NCBI GenBank assembly: GCA_049322915.1
Contig: JBMOPW010000014.1
Location: 128,001 to 192,000 of the forward strand
Reading direction: 5' to 3'
From: Candidatus Zhuqueibacterota bacterium
GTDB taxonomy: Bacteria; Zhuqueibacterota; Zhuqueibacteria; Thermofontimicrobiales; Thermofontimicrobiaceae
Length of the DNA: 64,000 nt
Position numbers and translations under genes: made by a program. The notes under the pieces are model-generated. The model saw only the letters and a list, made by a program, of their open reading frames with translations. It did not search any database and was not told the DNA's origin. Of the stretch, positions 62,102 through 64,000 are shown in pieces. Every line of letters begins with the position of its first letter. Within the stretch, counting starts at the first letter, position 1.

Positions 62102-62290
62102 GTGAGGGTTATGTTTTTCAGATTTCTATTTTTTATTTCATTGATTTATCTCGTGCTAAAACTGCTTCAGCGCCTGTTCAAGCCACCGGAACAAAATGCC
62201 GAGGTACATGGAAATTCCCAAAAACATGATCCGATTGATTTTTCCAAAGAGGATGTTGAGGATGCAGAATTCGAGGAGATCAAAAAATAA
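62102..62290 (+). CDS. Small single-TM hypothetical protein
   Basis: N-terminal hydrophobic helix and C-terminal DVEDAEFEEI, in operon context. Confidence 0.6.
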   Translation: MRVMFFRFLFFISLIYLVLKLLQRLFKPPEQNAEVHGNSQKHDPIDFSKEDVEDAEFEEIKK

Positions 62291-62401
62291 GTAAGAAGTG
62301 ATTCAATTAAAATAGATCCAGTACCAGGATGGTTTTCCCACAGTGAGGGATCGGAAAATAGTCGCTGTGACAGAATTGGGGGGAACTTCCGGAGCAAAAA
62401 A

Positions 62402-63754
62402 ATGAGTGTGAACCAAAAATGGGAGATCTGGGACAAGAATCAAGTTGTTAACAAGTTAAAAATCTATCAGGAAGAGCATCAACGGCTCACAGTTCTTTTC
62501 AACATCACCAGAAACATATCGACAGAACTGAAGCTTGACCGACTTCTTCTCATTATCATGGATGAAGTTCGCAAAGCGCTGAAAGCCGATCGATGCACTG
62601 TGTTTTTGCTCAACGAGAGCAAAGACGAGCTTTGGTCGAAAGTAGCTCACGGAGAGAGGGAAATTCGGTTCCCAAGTAATTTGGGTATTGCTGGCTATGT
62701 GGCGACATCGGGGCGGGTGCTCAATATTCCCGATGCCTATGCCGATCCGCGATTTAACCGCGACATCGACAAAAAAACCGGTTATCACACCCAGAATATG
62801 CTGACTTTTCCCATGAGAAATAAACTGGGAGAAATCATCGGTGTCTTTCAGGTTTTGAATAAGTACAAAGGCTCATTTAACCGTGAAGATGAGCAGATGC
62901 TTGATGCAATTTCGGCCATTGCAGCAACGCAACTTGAGAATGCCCAGCTTTATGAGGAACAGAAGAAAACATTTGAAAGTTTTGTAGAAACATTAGCCAG
63001 CACGATTGATGCGCGCGATCCGCTAACCGCAGGGCATAGCAATCGAATCGCTTTGTATTCTGAGGAGTTGGGAAAGAAATTGAATCTCCATCAGAAGCGG
63101 AAGGAACTGCTGCGCTATGCTGCACTGTTGCATGATTACGGAAAAATTGCAATCAGGGAAGCCGTGCTGTGTAAAAACGGCAGTCTGACCATTGATGAGT
63201 ATTGCCATATTCAGGAACATTCGCTATTTACAAAAAATATTCTGGAGAAAATTAACTTCAGCCGGGATTTCAAAGACGTGCCCCGAATTGCCGCCGCGCA
63301 TCATGAGAAAATTGACGGCTCTGGCTATCCGGATGGATTGAAGGGCGAGGAGATTCCATTTGAATCGAGGATACTTGCTGTCGCCGATGTATTCGACGCG
63401 CTCACTTCCAAGCGCCATTATCGCGATCGAATGGAGTTCGAGAATGTGATGGATATTATCGAGGCAAACACCGGGTCGCATTTCGACCTCAAAGTTGTGA
63501 ATGCGTTGAAAAGCATCAGGCTCGATCGGCTCCTGAAAATTCTGGAGAGGGATACAGTCAGCCAGTTGGAGAATGGGGATTTGAAGTATCTTGCCCATTT
63601 CGATGTGGGGCATCTCCTGGTTGTTGTTCGGCAGGGGCCATTGAACGGTGAAGAAAATAAAATGGCTCAGCTTTTTTATCATTACTATTATCGCACCTAT
63701 ATGAGCAAAAAAGAAGAGATAACCGAGAAAAGATTTAATGTGGCTGGTTTATAG
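62402..63754 (+). CDS. GAF + HD-GYP cyclic-dinucleotide phosphodiesterase
   Basis: GAF: GIAGYV, DAY.DPRF...D..TGY, LNK...F...D. HD-GYP: T.GHS, LHDYGK, HHEKIDGSGYP, ADVFDA. Confidence 0.9.
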   Translation: MSVNQKWEIWDKNQVVNKLKIYQEEHQRLTVLFNITRNISTELKLDRLLLIIMDEVRKALKADRCTVFLLNESKDELWSKVAHGEREIRFPSNLGIAGYVATSGRVLNIPDAYADPRFNRDIDKKTGYHTQNMLTFPMRNKLGEIIGVFQVLNKYKGSFNREDEQMLDAISAIAATQLENAQLYEEQKKTFESFVETLASTIDARDPLTAGHSNRIALYSEELGKKLNLHQKRKELLRYAALLHDYGKIAIREAVLCKNGSLTIDEYCHIQEHSLFTKNILEKINFSRDFKDVPRIAAAHHEKIDGSGYPDGLKGEEIPFESRILAVADVFDALTSKRHYRDRMEFENVMDIIEANTGSHFDLKVVNALKSIRLDRLLKILERDTVSQLENGDLKYLAHFDVGHLLVVVRQGPLNGEENKMAQLFYHYYYRTYMSKKEEITEKRFNVAGL

Positions 63755-64000
63755 ATGACGCAACGCGTGGTTCAATTTGCAATTATATTTTTCATGGTAT
63801 TAGGGGGAAGCTTGCCTCTGTGTCGTGCTCAGGTAAGTTCTCAGGATAGCTCCTTTGTCGGGAAAAAAAATATTAAAACGAACAACAGTGTGGAGAAAAA
63901 AATTGCCTCAAAATCTCCCAATGGTGCGATGATTCGCTCTTTGATAATCCCGGGATGGGGACAATGGTACAACAAGAAAAAATTGAAGGCCGTTGTTGTA
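63755..64000 (+). CDS. Secreted/membrane protein, DUF5683-like (3'-truncated by window edge)
   Basis: Translated by hand: signal peptide MTQRVVQFAIIFF..., then KSPNGAMIRSLIIPGWGQWYN. Confidence 0.7.
   Translation, partial: MTQRVVQFAIIFFMVLGGSLPLCRAQVSSQDSSFVGKKNIKTNNSVEKKIASKSPNGAMIRSLIIPGWGQWYNKKKLKAVVV

Overview
This is a 64 kb bacterial chromosomal window. The gene repertoire suggests an FCB-superphylum organism outside Bacteroidia, such as KSB1, Calditrichota or Ignavibacteria: five exported proteins carry the PNPF...W[DN]G FlgD/T9SS-type C-terminal module, and promoters are sigma70-like (TTGnnn-N17-TATATT). This taxonomy is an inference. From 1 to 21.5 kb lies a surface-polysaccharide locus (GT2, four GT4, two WecA/MraY-type enzymes, Wzx, O-antigen ligase, methyltransferase, SDR epimerase). 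It contains a ~1950-aa C25 gingipain/PorU-like protein with two ILEI-type domains and an AT-rich decayed type II R-M island (MITE-split MTase, intact PD-(D/E)XK nuclease, REase remnant). From 21.7 to 29.9 kb is a minus-strand cluster: ssb, nucleoside salvage, cutA, MBL hydrolase, tonB-exbBD. From 30 to 38.6 kb is a putative peptidoglycan-foraging locus with two NlpC/P60 enzymes and a Tat-type Ala-Glu epimerase. From 39.4 to 42.1 kb is a subtilase preceded by a lipoprotein that resembles the protease's own propeptide. From 42.6 to 46.3 kb is a likely ceramide-synthesis trio (spt, bCerS-like GNAT, CerR-like SDR). From 46 to 64 kb are mostly housekeeping genes: secDF, purA, groESL with CIRCE, folBK, a deoxynucleoside kinase and an HD-GYP protein. 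No tRNA, rRNA or CRISPR array was seen. All family calls come from reading motifs by eye, not from database searches.
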